Source: Candidatus Latescibacterota bacterium
GTDB lineage: Bacteria; Latescibacterota; UBA2968; UBA8231
DNA: 64,000 nucleotides
NCBI GenBank assembly: GCA_965206595.1
Contig: OZ242214.1
Span: 1,024,001-1,088,000 of the forward strand
Direction of reading: 5' to 3'
The notes beneath the pieces were generated by a model. That model was not told where the DNA came from. It did no database searches and saw only the letters and a list, made by a program, of their open reading frames with translations. The position numbers and the translations under genes were made by a program. Below are positions 53,932 through 64,000 of this stretch, piece by piece; the first letter of the stretch is position 1, and each line of letters opens with the position of its first letter.

Positions 53932-56067
53932 ATGCACACCGTGACCGGCCTGGTCAGCCGCCTGACCTTCCACAATCCCGACAACGGCTACACGATCGCC
54001 CAGATCGAGCCGGAGCCAGAAAAAGGGGAACGGCCACCCGAGGGGATTACGGTGGTCGGAGTCATGACCACGGTCGCCGAGGGACAGACCATCGAGGTCA
54101 CGGGCACCTGGGAAGACCATCCCAAGTACGGAAGGCAGCTCAAGCTCGAGTCCTGCCGGGCGGTCTTTCCGACCACCGAGGAGGGGATCCGGCGGTTTCT
54201 CGGGTCGGGACTGGTAAAGGGGGTGGGGAAGAAGTTCGCCGAGCGCATCGTCGCCCATTTTGGCGGGGACACCCTCAAGGTGCTCGAGGAGAATCCCCGG
54301 CGCCTGCTCGAGGTACCGGGACTGGGCCGCAAGCGGGCGGGGATGCTGGCGCGGGCATGGGCGGGGCAGCGCCGGATGAGGGACACCATGGTTTTTCTGC
54401 AGTCGCACGGAGTCGGGTCTGCAGCCGCCGTGAAGATTTTCCGGAAGTACGAGCAGGAGGCGATCACCAAGGTGAGAGAGAATCCCTACCGGCTGCAGAG
54501 GGACATCGACGGGATCGGGTTCGTGACCGCCGACGCCGTCGCCTCGCAGCTCGGGATCGCGCGCAACGCACCGCAGAGGATCCAGGCGGGAATCCTCTAC
54601 CTTTTGGAATCCGCGGCCGGGGAGGGACACGTGTTCCTGCCGCAGTCCGAGGTCGTCGAAAAGGGGAGCGAGCTTCTGCAGGTCGGCGCCGAGCTGTTTC
54701 CAGCGGCCCTGGAGGCCCTGGACGGCGAACGCCAGATCGTACGCGACCAGGAGCGCTGCTTCCTGCCGTATCTCTATCACTCGGAGGTGAAGGTCGCCGC
54801 GGCCCTGGAACGGCTGCTGCGAACCGAAGGGGCCGATGCGGAGTTCGGCGAAGACCCGGGAACGGAGCTGGATCTGAGCGCCAGTCAGCGCAGGGCGGTC
54901 GAGACCGCCCTGCGGGAGAAGGTGGTGGTCCTGACGGGCGGACCCGGTACCGGGAAGACGACGGTTACGCAGGTGATCCTCCGCCATTTCGAGCAAGGGG
55001 GCCTGCGGGTCGCCCTCTGTTCCCCCACGGGTCGGGCGGCCAAGCGGCTCGCCGAGGCGACCGGCCGCGAGGCGAAAACCATCCACCGGCTGCTGGAGTT
55101 CATGCCCGCGGAACGCAGGTTCCGCCGCGGCCGCAACGACCCGGTCGAAGCCGATGCCGTAATCGTCGACGAGGCCTCGATGATCGACATCCCGCTGATG
55201 CACGCCCTGCTGCGCGCCCTGTCGCCGCATGTCCGCCTGCTGCTGGTCGGCGACGCGGACCAGCTGCCGTCCGTGGGCCCGGGGAACGTCATTGGGGACG
55301 TCATCTCCTCCCGGCGCGTCCCGGTTGCGCGGCTGACCGAGATCCACCGGCAGGAGCGCCGCAGCCGCATCGTCGTCAACGCCCACCGCATCAACGCCGG
55401 CGACTGGCCGGAGCTGAGCAACAGCCGCGACGGCGACTTCTTCTTCGTCGAGGAGGAGAATCCCCCGGAGGCCGCGGCCATGATCTCCGATCTCGTGGGC
55501 AGCCGCCTGCCTGCCCACGGCGACTACGACCCGGTCGGCGACATCCAGGTGCTGACCCCGATGTACCGGGGGGAGACCGGGGCCATCAACCTCAACCGCC
55601 TGCTGCAGCAGCGGCTCAACCCGGGGGGCAGAGTCTCCCGGACAGGGGAACGGGAGCTGCGTGTCGGCGACAAGGTGCTGCAGATCCGCAACAACTACGA
55701 GCGCGCCGTCTTCAACGGCGACCTCGGGCGCATACTCGCTTTCGACCCCGAGGAAGGCTCGATCCGGGTGGGTTTCGACAGCGGCGTCTCATGCGAGTAC
55801 GGGGCCAACTCCCTCGACGAGATCGTGCTGGCCTACGCCATCAGCGTCCACCGCGCCCAGGGTTCGGAGTTCCCCGTCGTCGTGCTGCCCCTGACCACCC
55901 AGCATTACCCGATGCTGCAGCGCAACCTGCTGTACACCGCGGTCACGCGCGCCCGTTCCCTGCTGGTCGTCGTCGGCGGCAGGAGAGCCCTGGGCAGGGC
56001 GATTTCCAACGACGAGGTCGCCAAGCGCTACACCGCCCTCGGCGAGCGGTTGCGGGGTTCGAACTGA
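53932..56067 (+). CDS. recD2: ATP-dependent RecD2-like DNA helicase
   Basis: HPKYGRQL, ENPYRL..DIDGIGF, LTGGPGTGKTT, DEASM, VGDADQLPSVGPG, AYAISVHRAQGSE, LLYTAVTRA. Confidence 0.93.
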   Translation: MHTVTGLVSRLTFHNPDNGYTIAQIEPEPEKGERPPEGITVVGVMTTVAEGQTIEVTGTWEDHPKYGRQLKLESCRAVFPTTEEGIRRFLGSGLVKGVGKKFAERIVAHFGGDTLKVLEENPRRLLEVPGLGRKRAGMLARAWAGQRRMRDTMVFLQSHGVGSAAAVKIFRKYEQEAITKVRENPYRLQRDIDGIGFVTADAVASQLGIARNAPQRIQAGILYLLESAAGEGHVFLPQSEVVEKGSELLQVGAELFPAALEALDGERQIVRDQERCFLPYLYHSEVKVAAALERLLRTEGADAEFGEDPGTELDLSASQRRAVETALREKVVVLTGGPGTGKTTVTQVILRHFEQGGLRVALCSPTGRAAKRLAEATGREAKTIHRLLEFMPAERRFRRGRNDPVEADAVIVDEASMIDIPLMHALLRALSPHVRLLLVGDADQLPSVGPGNVIGDVISSRRVPVARLTEIHRQERRSRIVVNAHRINAGDWPELSNSRDGDFFFVEEENPPEAAAMISDLVGSRLPAHGDYDPVGDIQVLTPMYRGETGAINLNRLLQQRLNPGGRVSRTGERELRVGDKVLQIRNNYERAVFNGDLGRILAFDPEEGSIRVGFDSGVSCEYGANSLDEIVLAYAISVHRAQGSEFPVVVLPLTTQHYPMLQRNLLYTAVTRARSLLVVVGGRRALGRAISNDEVAKRYTALGERLRGSN

Positions 56068-56247
56068 GAGCCTGCCGGATGTAGCCGCTCCGGCGCTTGC
56101 GGCGGTGCCCCGGTAGAACTGCGGCCAACATCCCAATCCGTTTTCCGGCGCGGTTTCCGACCCGCGCCCAGAAGACCTGTCGCGGCCTGCTCATCTGCTA
56201 CGGGAGAGCTCGGGCGGCGGCCGGATTTGAGGCGGACCGCGCGCCCG

Positions 56248-56985
56248 CTACAGAAACAGCTTCTTGAAGATCCCCTCGGGAAGCAGACGCACCACCAGCA
56301 TGATCCAGCGCCAGAACCAAGGGGTGTAGACGACGTTGCGGCGTTTCCTCCAGGCCCGCAGGATGTCGCCGGCGACGCGGTCGGGAGAGGCCACGAGAAA
56401 CAGTCCGTCCAGCCCCTCGGTCATCGGCGTATCGACGAATCCAGGCTTTGCCGTGAGCACGTGAACCCCGGCGCGATGCAGCCGGTTGCGCAGGCCCTGG
56501 AGGAACAGGCCGAAGCCTCCCTTGGCGGCGCCGTACATGTAGTTGGACTGGCGTCCACGGTCTCCTGCGACCGAGGTGACGGCGATGATCCCGCCGCTTC
56601 TCCGGTCCTCGAGGTAGTTGGCGAGGTGGCTGAGCGTAAGGGCGGCCCCGGTGAAGTTGGTCTCCAGGGTGCGCACCATCTCCCCGGGGTCTCGGCGCAC
56701 CTGCTCCTGGTCACCCATGTAGCCGAACACGAGCAGGACGAGCTCGAACTCCCCGGCCGCTTCCTGAACCCGCGCGGCGAGACGGGGAAGCTGCGTGAAC
56801 TGGAGGGCGTCGAACTCGAGCAGGGTCGCCTCGCAGTTCAGGGTCAGCTCGAGATCGCTGGCCAGGGGCCTGAGCTCCTCAACGCGCCGCGCCGCCAGCA
56901 CGAGCCCCCAGCCTTCGGCGGCGAGGCGCCGGGCGAGGGCCTGGGCGATTTCGGAACGCGCGCCGAGTACCAGGGCCCGCTTCAC
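56248..56985 (-). CDS. SDR oxidoreductase, DprE2-like
   Basis: LGARSEIA, SVAGDRGRQSNYMYGAAK, KPGFVDTPMT; coupled to the DprE1-like gene. Confidence 0.85.
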   Translation of the reverse strand: MKRALVLGARSEIAQALARRLAAEGWGLVLAARRVEELRPLASDLELTLNCEATLLEFDALQFTQLPRLAARVQEAAGEFELVLLVFGYMGDQEQVRRDPGEMVRTLETNFTGAALTLSHLANYLEDRRSGGIIAVTSVAGDRGRQSNYMYGAAKGGFGLFLQGLRNRLHRAGVHVLTAKPGFVDTPMTEGLDGLFLVASPDRVAGDILRAWRKRRNVVYTPWFWRWIMLVVRLLPEGIFKKLFL

Positions 56986-58307
56986 GTCAGTCCCAGGCGG
57001 TCGGACTGCAGCGAGCGCAGCCGGCATTGCGGATCGTACTGCTGCTTGACGCCCCGGAACTCGTCGAGCCGCGGGTACATGCGGCGAAACTGCTCCGGTT
57101 CGAGGACGGCGTCCTTGGCGAGGTAGACCCTTCCCCCGGCCTCTGTCACCAGGGCTGTGAGCTCCCTCAGTGCCGCGATTGCGCCGCCGTCTCCGACCGG
57201 CAGGTCGAGGGCGAGGGTGAACCCGGGCAGGGGAAAGGAGAGCGGACCCATCCCCTCGGGGCCGAAGGTCTTGAGCACGGCCAGTGTGGTGAGGTGCCCG
57301 CCGCTTCCGAGGCGCGCGATGAACTCTCCGATCACCCCCTCGCCGGCGGCGAACGGGACGGCGAACTGGTATTGCAGGAACCCGCCGCGGCCATAGGCAC
57401 GGTTCCAGTTGCCGACGGCGTCGAGCGGGTAGAAGAAGGGGTCGTAATGGGTCAGGGAGTCTGCCTGACGGCGCCATTGCCGGAGGTAGTACGCGGCGTT
57501 GAACAACCGCGCCGTCAGCCGGTTGACGAACGGACCGGGCAGCGGCAGCGGCAAGTTGAAGCGCTGCGGCCGGTGGAGAGCATGCGGATTTCCCCTCACC
57601 TCGTCCGCGGCCGCGTGCCTGCCGAGGGAGACGAGACCGCGCCCGGGGTTCCGGGAGAGGCAGTCGATCCAGGCGACCGAGTAGAGGAACTCATCCTGCG
57701 TATCGACCAGGACCCGGCAGGTCTCGGCGAGATTGCCGGTCCTGACCGTGCGCGTGCGCAGGAAGGAGCTGGAGACCTTGCGCAGGCGCAGGGCCGCGGA
57801 GTACACGAACCCCGTGAGACCCATGCCGCCGAAGGTGGCCCGGAAGAGCCCCGGGTGGTCGTGACGGGAGCAGCGAATGACGGAGCCGTCCGGGATCACT
57901 ATCTCGAGCTCGTCGACGAAGTTGCTCAGGCAGCCGTCGCGGTGGTGGTTCTTGCCGTGGATATCCGCGGCGATGCAGCCGCCGAGGGTGGAGAACTTGG
58001 TCCCGGGTGTCACCGGAAGAAACCAGCCGAGGGGCAGGGAGAAGCGGATGATTTTCTCAAGAGTGGCCCCGGCCTCGGCGCGCAACACCCCCGTCTCCGG
58101 GTCGAACGACAGCAGGCGGTCCAGGCTCAGCGTCGACACCACGGACGGGAACAGGCAGGCATCGCCGTAGCTGCGGCAGTTTCCCTGCGGCAGCACCGGT
58201 TGGGAACCGCGTGCGAAGCGCACCAGGTCCCGCAGGGCGCGCGCCTTCCTTCTCTTTCCCGCGATGACGGGGTGATTGCCCCAGCCGGCGAGGCGTTGCG
58301 TTTTCAC
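56982..58307 (-). CDS. FAD-binding oxidoreductase, DprE1-like
   Basis: GWG, RSYGDA, PVTPGTKF.TLGG.IAADIHGKNHH, YSVAWID, GFLQYQ, GRVYLAKD. Confidence 0.88.
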   Translation of the reverse strand: MKTQRLAGWGNHPVIAGKRRKARALRDLVRFARGSQPVLPQGNCRSYGDACLFPSVVSTLSLDRLLSFDPETGVLRAEAGATLEKIIRFSLPLGWFLPVTPGTKFSTLGGCIAADIHGKNHHRDGCLSNFVDELEIVIPDGSVIRCSRHDHPGLFRATFGGMGLTGFVYSAALRLRKVSSSFLRTRTVRTGNLAETCRVLVDTQDEFLYSVAWIDCLSRNPGRGLVSLGRHAAADEVRGNPHALHRPQRFNLPLPLPGPFVNRLTARLFNAAYYLRQWRRQADSLTHYDPFFYPLDAVGNWNRAYGRGGFLQYQFAVPFAAGEGVIGEFIARLGSGGHLTTLAVLKTFGPEGMGPLSFPLPGFTLALDLPVGDGGAIAALRELTALVTEAGGRVYLAKDAVLEPEQFRRMYPRLDEFRGVKQQYDPQCRLRSLQSDRLGLT

Positions 58308-58491
58308 GACAGGTCCTGCAAAGGGTGAGGAATAGCCAAGGTGGGGGAGCACCGGGGAGGTAATGATGATAATATGCCCTTTCCCCGCCCGGCAAATCCC
58401 AATGGCAGGCCCGTTGGAGGACAAGTACATTAACCACGGCAACCATCGGTGAGGTGCACAGGTCTCAGGCATTTCGGGCGGAGCCGATTTC

Positions 58492-59373
58492 GTGCTTTCC
58501 TGGGCTCGCCTGCCGGAACCCGGGGCCACGACGGTGGCCGGCCGTCGCGGTCGAGCGGCATTTTCCACGCTTCTGACCGATCCCGTCTCAAGGCTAATCG
58601 AGTTGCAGAACCAATCCTTTCACGTGCTCCTGTTTTCCGGTCTGATCGCCGTCGCGGCAGGACCGCTGCTGTCGGCCGGATTCGGCCAGGTCGAGCTGTT
58701 CGCACTGCTCGGAATGCCGGTGTACGTCTGCGCCACCGGGGCCACGCCCCTGATCGCGATCCTGATCTACAAGGGGGTATCCCCGGGTGCCGCGCTCGCA
58801 TTTCTGCTCACTTGCCCGGCGACGAACGTCACTACCTTCGGAATCCTCACGCAGTTGCACGGCCGCCGCATTGCCCTGGCGTTCGGCGCCGGGATCGCCT
58901 GCCTCGCCGTAGTGGCAGGGCATGTCGTCAACGCCTTGGGGCCGGCGCTCCCGGGAACCCCCCTGAGTCACGCCCACTTCTCTTCCACCGGATTGCAGGA
59001 GATCTCCCTGGGAGTGCTGGCCCTGATCGTGGCCGCCTCCCTGCTGCGCCGGGGTCCGCGCGGCTTTGTCGGTCAGCTGTTCGCTTCCGGGGGAGGGCAA
59101 GTCCATCCCGAAAGCGCCGGGCACGCCGCCTCCCCGGACGCAAGCGACTGCTGCGCCGGCGAGGACGCGGCGCCTTCCTCGGAGGAGAGCGACTGCTGTG
59201 CCCGCGCGGATGCAGGTCACACCCCGCCTGCCGTCGAGGAACAGAACTGTTGCTCCCACGAGAACGTCGTTTCCTCCCCGCCTGCCGCCGAGGGGAATGA
59301 CTGCTGCGCCAGCGGGAACCGCGCCGCCCCGTCAGCGGAAGCACGCCCGGAACCGGCACCGGTCCCCGGCTGA
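58492..59373 (+). CDS. DUF318/ArsP-type permease C-terminal half with Cys-Cys repeat tail (possibly 5'-truncated)
   Basis: GMPVYVCATGATPL...GVSPGAALAFLLTCPATN; tail DCCA/DCCA/NCCS/DCCA; no clear start or N-terminal repeat. Confidence 0.6.
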   Translation: MLSWARLPEPGATTVAGRRGRAAFSTLLTDPVSRLIELQNQSFHVLLFSGLIAVAAGPLLSAGFGQVELFALLGMPVYVCATGATPLIAILIYKGVSPGAALAFLLTCPATNVTTFGILTQLHGRRIALAFGAGIACLAVVAGHVVNALGPALPGTPLSHAHFSSTGLQEISLGVLALIVAASLLRRGPRGFVGQLFASGGGQVHPESAGHAASPDASDCCAGEDAAPSSEESDCCARADAGHTPPAVEEQNCCSHENVVSSPPAAEGNDCCASGNRAAPSAEARPEPAPVPG

Positions 59374-59385
59374 CAGTCACATCCG

Positions 59386-61620
59386 ATGGCCTCGTGCGGT
59401 CCCCAACGCCCAGGCGGACATAGCGAAGCAGGTGCGCGGGAGTACGCCCGGGACGTCCGGCTCCTCCTCGCTGCCGAGCACGACGACCCTTTCTCCTTTC
59501 TCGGGATGCATTCGCGGCCTGACGGCGCCCTCGGAGTGCGTGTCTTCAGGCCGGATGCCCGCGCGGTGACCGTGCGCGCTCCCGACGGCACCTGCTTCGA
59601 GAGCGAGCGCATCCATCCCGAGGGTCTGTTCGAGACGATCATCGCCGGTCGCGACCCGTTCCCCTACGAGCTGGAGACCACCGACGGCCGCGGGGAGGTG
59701 GCGGTAGAGCGCGATCCGTATTCCTTCGCGCCGCTCGTGGGCGACTACGACCAATACCTGTTCAACGAAGGCACTCACTGCGAAGCCGACCGCTTCCTGG
59801 GGGCCCACCCGTGCACAAAGGGAGGTTGTGACGGGGTGGCGTTCGCCCTCTGGGCACCGGCCGCCTCGAGGGTCAGCGTCGTCGGCGACTTCAACGGCTG
59901 GGAAGGCAGGCGCCACCCCATGCGCCGCCGCGGCAGCTCGGGCATATGGGAGCTGTTCGTCCCCCACCTCGGGACAGGGGCTGTCTACAAGCACGAGATC
60001 AGGACCGCGGGCGGAGAGCTCCTGCTCAAGGCCGACCCGTACGCCTTCCGCAGCGAAGCGCCGCCGCGTACCGCCTCGGTCGTCTGCGACGTCACCGCCT
60101 TCGAGTGGAGCGACGCCGACTGGATGTGCACCCGCGGGGAGCGCGACTGGCTTCGGGAGCCGCTGGCGATTTATGAGATCCACCTCGGCTCCTGGCGCCG
60201 CGGAGAGGGGTGCCGCACCCTCGGATACCGAGAGCTGGCGCAGCAGCTGGTCGACTACGTCGCAGAGCTCGGCTACACCCACGTCGAGCTGATGCCGGTG
60301 GCCGAGCACCCCTTCGGAGGCTCCTGGGGATACCAGGTATCCGGGTACTTCGCGCCGACCGCCCGTTTCGGGGAGCCGGCCGATTTCGCCTGGTTCGTCG
60401 ATTTGTGCCATCGCCGCGGCATCGGCGTGCTGCTCGACTGGGTGCCGTGCCATTTCCCGGACGACGCCCACGGGCTTGCCCGCTTCGACGGAACCCACCT
60501 GTACGAGCACGCCGACCCGCGCCAGGGGAGGCATCCGGACTGGGGCACCTCGATCTTCAATTTTGGACGCCGCGAGGTTGCGAGCTTCCTGCTCTCCAAC
60601 GCCCGCTTCTGGTTCGACCGATATCACGTCGACGGCCTGCGCGTCGACGCTGTCTCCTCAATGCTCTACCTCGACTACTCGCGCCGGGAAGGGGAGTGGG
60701 TACCCAACGTCCAGGGAGGCAGGGAAAACCTCGAGGCGATCGATTTAATGAGACGAATGAACGGGGCGATCCACGATCGTTTTCCCGGGGTGCTGATCAT
60801 TGCCGAGGAGTCGACTTCCTGGCCGGGGGTTTCGCGGCCCGCCGCGGAAGGGGGGCTCGGGTTCAGGTACAAGTGGAACATGGGCTGGATGAACGACGTC
60901 CTGCGCTACATGTCGCGCGATCCGGCTCACCGCAGGGATCACCAGTCCGACCTGACCTTCGGCATGCTCTACGCCTGTGCCGAGAACTTCGTGCTGCCGC
61001 TGTCGCACGACGAGGTCGTCCACGGCAAGGGATCGCTGCTGGGGCGCATGCCGGGAAGCGATTGGGAGCGCTTCGCCAACCTCCGGCTGCTCCTCGCTTT
61101 CATGTACGGGCACCCGGGGAAGAAGCTGCTGTTCATGGGAGGGGAGTTCGGGCAATGGTCGGAGTGGGACTGCGACCGGGGACTCGACTGGCATCTGCTC
61201 GAGCACGCCCCCCACAGGGGAATCCAGAGTCTGGCCAGGGACCTCAATACCCTCTATCGGCAGTCGCCGTCCCTCCACCGCCTCGACGCCGATCCGCGCG
61301 GCTTCGAGTGGATCGACTGCCACGACGCGAACAGCAGCGTGCTGTCGTTCCGGCGCAGGTCGGATCGGGTTGCCGACGGAGAGCTCGTGATTGCGTGCAA
61401 CTTCTCCCCGGAGACCCGCCGGGGCTACCGGATGGGGCTGCCCCTGCCGGGCAAGTACGAGGAGCTGCTCAACACCGACGCAGAGATTTACGGGGGCAGT
61501 GGCGCCGGGAATCGCGGCGGGGTGGAAGCTGCCCCGAACCCCTGGCAAGGCCTGGACTGCTCGGCGCTGGTGACCCTGCCGCCGCTGGCTGCGGTGGTAC
61601 TGAGGCGAAGCCCGCCCTAG
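59386..61620 (+). CDS. glgB: 1,4-alpha-glucan branching enzyme
   Basis: DPFSFLGMH, IYEIHLGSW, SWGYQ, DGLRVDAV.SMLYLDYSR, AEESTSW, LSHDEVVHGK. Confidence 0.95.
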   Translation: MASCGPQRPGGHSEAGAREYARDVRLLLAAEHDDPFSFLGMHSRPDGALGVRVFRPDARAVTVRAPDGTCFESERIHPEGLFETIIAGRDPFPYELETTDGRGEVAVERDPYSFAPLVGDYDQYLFNEGTHCEADRFLGAHPCTKGGCDGVAFALWAPAASRVSVVGDFNGWEGRRHPMRRRGSSGIWELFVPHLGTGAVYKHEIRTAGGELLLKADPYAFRSEAPPRTASVVCDVTAFEWSDADWMCTRGERDWLREPLAIYEIHLGSWRRGEGCRTLGYRELAQQLVDYVAELGYTHVELMPVAEHPFGGSWGYQVSGYFAPTARFGEPADFAWFVDLCHRRGIGVLLDWVPCHFPDDAHGLARFDGTHLYEHADPRQGRHPDWGTSIFNFGRREVASFLLSNARFWFDRYHVDGLRVDAVSSMLYLDYSRREGEWVPNVQGGRENLEAIDLMRRMNGAIHDRFPGVLIIAEESTSWPGVSRPAAEGGLGFRYKWNMGWMNDVLRYMSRDPAHRRDHQSDLTFGMLYACAENFVLPLSHDEVVHGKGSLLGRMPGSDWERFANLRLLLAFMYGHPGKKLLFMGGEFGQWSEWDCDRGLDWHLLEHAPHRGIQSLARDLNTLYRQSPSLHRLDADPRGFEWIDCHDANSSVLSFRRRSDRVADGELVIACNFSPETRRGYRMGLPLPGKYEELLNTDAEIYGGSGAGNRGGVEAAPNPWQGLDCSALVTLPPLAAVVLRRSPP

Positions 61621-61778
61621 CGCAGCCGGGGGCATGCGCCAAACCGGGCCGGGGCGGCATCCCGTATATTGATTGTCATGCCAGGCAGGGACTATGCCCA
61701 AAGAGGAAGAGCGCCGACACGGAAAGAAGATCTTCTCGACATGCCGGACATGATTCCGATTCTCCCCGAGCGGCGGTC

Positions 61779-62672
61779 ATGGTCCCGGCCGGCGCCTGGG
61801 CCCCGGTGCAGGTGAGGGGCCGTTTGCTGCGGCGGTCTCTGCGCCGCCATCCGCTGGCCGTCTGCGGGGCTGCGATCGTCGCCGGGCTGGTCGTTGCGGC
61901 CCTGTTCGCACCGGTTCTCGCTCCCAGCGATCCGTTCGAGCAGAACCTCTACCAGCGGCTCGCCCCTCCCTCGTTTTCGAATCCGCTCGGCACCGACGAG
62001 TTCGGGCGCGACATCTTCAGCCGCATTCTCTACGGAGCGCGCATTTCCCTGCGCATCGGGATCGTCTGCATCGCCATCGCCCTCACTTCGGGCACGCTGA
62101 TCGGGGTAACCGCCGGCTACTTCGGCGGTGCCGTCGATACCGTCCTGATGAGGGTGGTCGACCTGATGCTCGCCTTTCCCAGCATACTGCTCGCCATCGC
62201 AGTGGTCTCCGTCATCGGACCCGGCATCGACAACGCGATCGTTGCCGTCGGCATCGTTCTCGTTCCGCAGTTCGCGCGCATGATGCGGGCGACCGTGCTC
62301 GCCGTGGCGCAGATGCCCTACGTCGAGGCGGCCAGGGCCCTGGGAGCCGGGGACTGGCGCATCGTGCTGCGCGCCATCCTGCCGAACTGCCTTGCCCCCC
62401 TGATCGTCCAGGGCAGCCTGAGCCTCGCCACCTCCATCCTCGACGCCGCCGGGCTCAGCTTTCTCGGACTCGGCGCCCAGCCCCCGGCCCCCGAATGGGG
62501 GGCGATGCTGAACAGCGGGCGCGAGCTCCTGATCGTGGCACCGTGGGTGATGGTATTCCCCGGACTGGCGATCTTCGTCGTCGCTCTCGGCTTCAACCTC
62601 TTCGGCGACGGTCTTCGCGACCTCTTGGATCCGCGCGCTGGCGACCGCATCGCCGCGGAGACCAGGGCGTGA
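61779..62672 (+). CDS. Peptide/nickel ABC transporter permease (DppC/OppC family)
   Basis: LGTDEFGRDIFSR..YGARISL, YVEAARALGA, LSFLGLGAQPP.PEWG. Confidence 0.9.
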   Translation: MVPAGAWAPVQVRGRLLRRSLRRHPLAVCGAAIVAGLVVAALFAPVLAPSDPFEQNLYQRLAPPSFSNPLGTDEFGRDIFSRILYGARISLRIGIVCIAIALTSGTLIGVTAGYFGGAVDTVLMRVVDLMLAFPSILLAIAVVSVIGPGIDNAIVAVGIVLVPQFARMMRATVLAVAQMPYVEAARALGAGDWRIVLRAILPNCLAPLIVQGSLSLATSILDAAGLSFLGLGAQPPAPEWGAMLNSGRELLIVAPWVMVFPGLAIFVVALGFNLFGDGLRDLLDPRAGDRIAAETRA

Positions 62673-64000
62673 GCGGGCGCGGCCAGGCATTCATATGGGC
62701 CGCCGCGGTGGCTGCGGCCCATTCCCTCGGCGGCTGCGGGGCCCCCCTGTGGCCTCGCATTCAGGGCGGCGCCGCGGAAGAGGAGCAATCCCGGCAGAGC
62801 CAGCGGGCGATGCATTATTTCGTGCAGGCGAAGGTGTTCGAGAAACAGGAGAATCCATTCGGGGCGATTGTCGCACTGCGTAGCGCCGCGGATCTCGATC
62901 CGACCTCGCCGACCATCTACGCGCGCCTCGCCCACAACTACGAGAAGATCGGGGATTACGAGCAGGCGATGGTCTTCGCGGCCAGGGCGCTCGATCTCGA
63001 TCCCGGTCTCGACGAGCTGCGGCTGCAACTGATCCGCTGGTACGAATCCGCGGACAACGCCGCGGCCGCGACGGTTCATCTCGAACAGCTGATCGCGCGT
63101 CAGCCGGCCCGGTGGCCGCTCTACTCCCACCTGGCGCGCCTCTACCGGGAGATGGGTGAAGCCGGTCGCATCGACCGGCTTTTCAACGATCTCCTGTCGC
63201 GGGAGGACACGCCGGAGGACATCCGCGTCAACATTGCGTACACGCTTTCGCGCAGCGGCCGTCCGAAAAGGGCAGAAAGAATCTTTGGGGAAATCCTCAG
63301 GAATAACCCCGGCTCGGAGGAAGCCTGGATCGGTCTCGCTGAGGTCCACCTGTCGCGGGGGGACCGCGAGCGTGCCGTCGAGCATTTCGTCGCCGCGGCC
63401 CATCATTTTCCGGAAAACACCGTGATCATGTCGGAGCTCGCGCGCCTGCTCGACGGTCCGGAGGACCTGTCCCGATTCGACGGGGCTGATCCCGGGTTCC
63501 TGTACCGGCTCGGCGAGGCCCTGGCAGCCGTTGAGAGGTTTGAGCTCGCGGCGATTGTTTTCGAGCGCATCGTCGGGCTGCAGCCCGACCGGGTCGAGGC
63601 CCGGCTCGACCCGGCGCGCTACTACCTGCACATCGAGGAGTACGACCGCCTCGACGAGCTTTTGAGCGAAGCCGTCGAGGCGATGCCGGACAGCGTCGAT
63701 CTCTACCTTTTCTGGGGACAGGCCCTTGCCCGGCAGGAGCGTTACGAAGAGGCGATCGCCACCTTCCGCCGCGGATTGGAGCGGCTGCCCCGCAACGTCG
63801 ATCTGCTCGAGCGCTGGGGCTATGCCCACGAGCAGCAGGAGCAATACGAGGAGGCGATCGAGGTGTACCGACAGGGTCTCGCCGCCGGCGCCCCGCCGGA
63901 AGCGATGTACCTACGCTGGGGAATTGTCCTCGGACGCCAGGAACGCTGGCTCGAGGCGCTCGGACGCTTCAGCAAGGCTGCCGGGGAGGCCCCCGACGAT
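62669..64000 (+). CDS. TPR-repeat lipoprotein (runs off the window end)
   Basis: GTG overlapping the dppC stop; lipobox LGGC; reads on as MHYFVQAKVFE...ADLDPTSPTIYARLAHNY...ALDLDP (TPR pattern); missing from the ORF track because it has no stop in the window. Confidence 0.8.
   Translation, partial: MSGRGQAFIWAAAVAAAHSLGGCGAPLWPRIQGGAAEEEQSRQSQRAMHYFVQAKVFEKQENPFGAIVALRSAADLDPTSPTIYARLAHNYEKIGDYEQAMVFAARALDLDPGLDELRLQLIRWYESADNAAAATVHLEQLIARQPARWPLYSHLARLYREMGEAGRIDRLFNDLLSREDTPEDIRVNIAYTLSRSGRPKRAERIFGEILRNNPGSEEAWIGLAEVHLSRGDRERAVEHFVAAAHHFPENTVIMSELARLLDGPEDLSRFDGADPGFLYRLGEALAAVERFELAAIVFERIVGLQPDRVEARLDPARYYLHIEEYDRLDELLSEAVEAMPDSVDLYLFWGQALARQERYEEAIATFRRGLERLPRNVDLLERWGYAHEQQEQYEEAIEVYRQGLAAGAPPEAMYLRWGIVLGRQERWLEALGRFSKAAGEAPDD

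Noticed and set aside
1-64000. tRNA, rRNA or CRISPR array, including at the island boundaries
   Set aside because: No cloverleaf/T-loop signature or regularly spaced repeat-spacer series seen by eye; a covariance search was not run

Overview
High-GC bacterial chromosome segment; the gene repertoire and a C-terminal TAVExxSWGxxK motif suggest a Latescibacterota/Gemmatimonadota-like lineage (inference). Housekeeping and metabolic genes (dipeptidase, PhyH, Gfo/Idh/MocA, FKBP, two UxuA-like genes, mpl/ldcA, hisC, rel, recD2, dprE1/E2-like pair, glgB, dppC) are interrupted by two accessory elements. (1) A ~9.6 kb, visibly AT-richer element (~12185-21793) bounded by an imperfect 22-bp direct repeat. 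It encodes a Cre-like tyrosine recombinase and an HK97-type head module (TerL, HNH, major capsid, duplicated prohead protease, two head-completion proteins, portal) plus one tail-completion-like gene. It has no tail genes, no recognisable TerS and no replication gene, so it looks like a minimal capsid-forming phage satellite; it also carries a lox/rox-like site and paired palindromes. (2) A ~15.8 kb integrase-less defence island (23019-38797) flanked by a 45-bp duplication of the 3' end of a 60-aa ORF. It carries a helicase-methylase-ATPase (Hma-like; SNF2-DUF3883, DUF1156, DUF499) system with embedded cargo: a GmrSD-Schlafen fusion, an ApeA-like HEPN protein and an ABC ATPase + DUF4276 pair. 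Also notable are an uncharacterised operon (degenerate M28-FtsX giant permease, OPT-like transporter, PsbP-like protein, PqqD-like protein) and a voltage-gated channel with a TLEDWTD filter. No tRNA, rRNA or CRISPR array was seen. All family calls come from reading motifs by eye, not from database searches.
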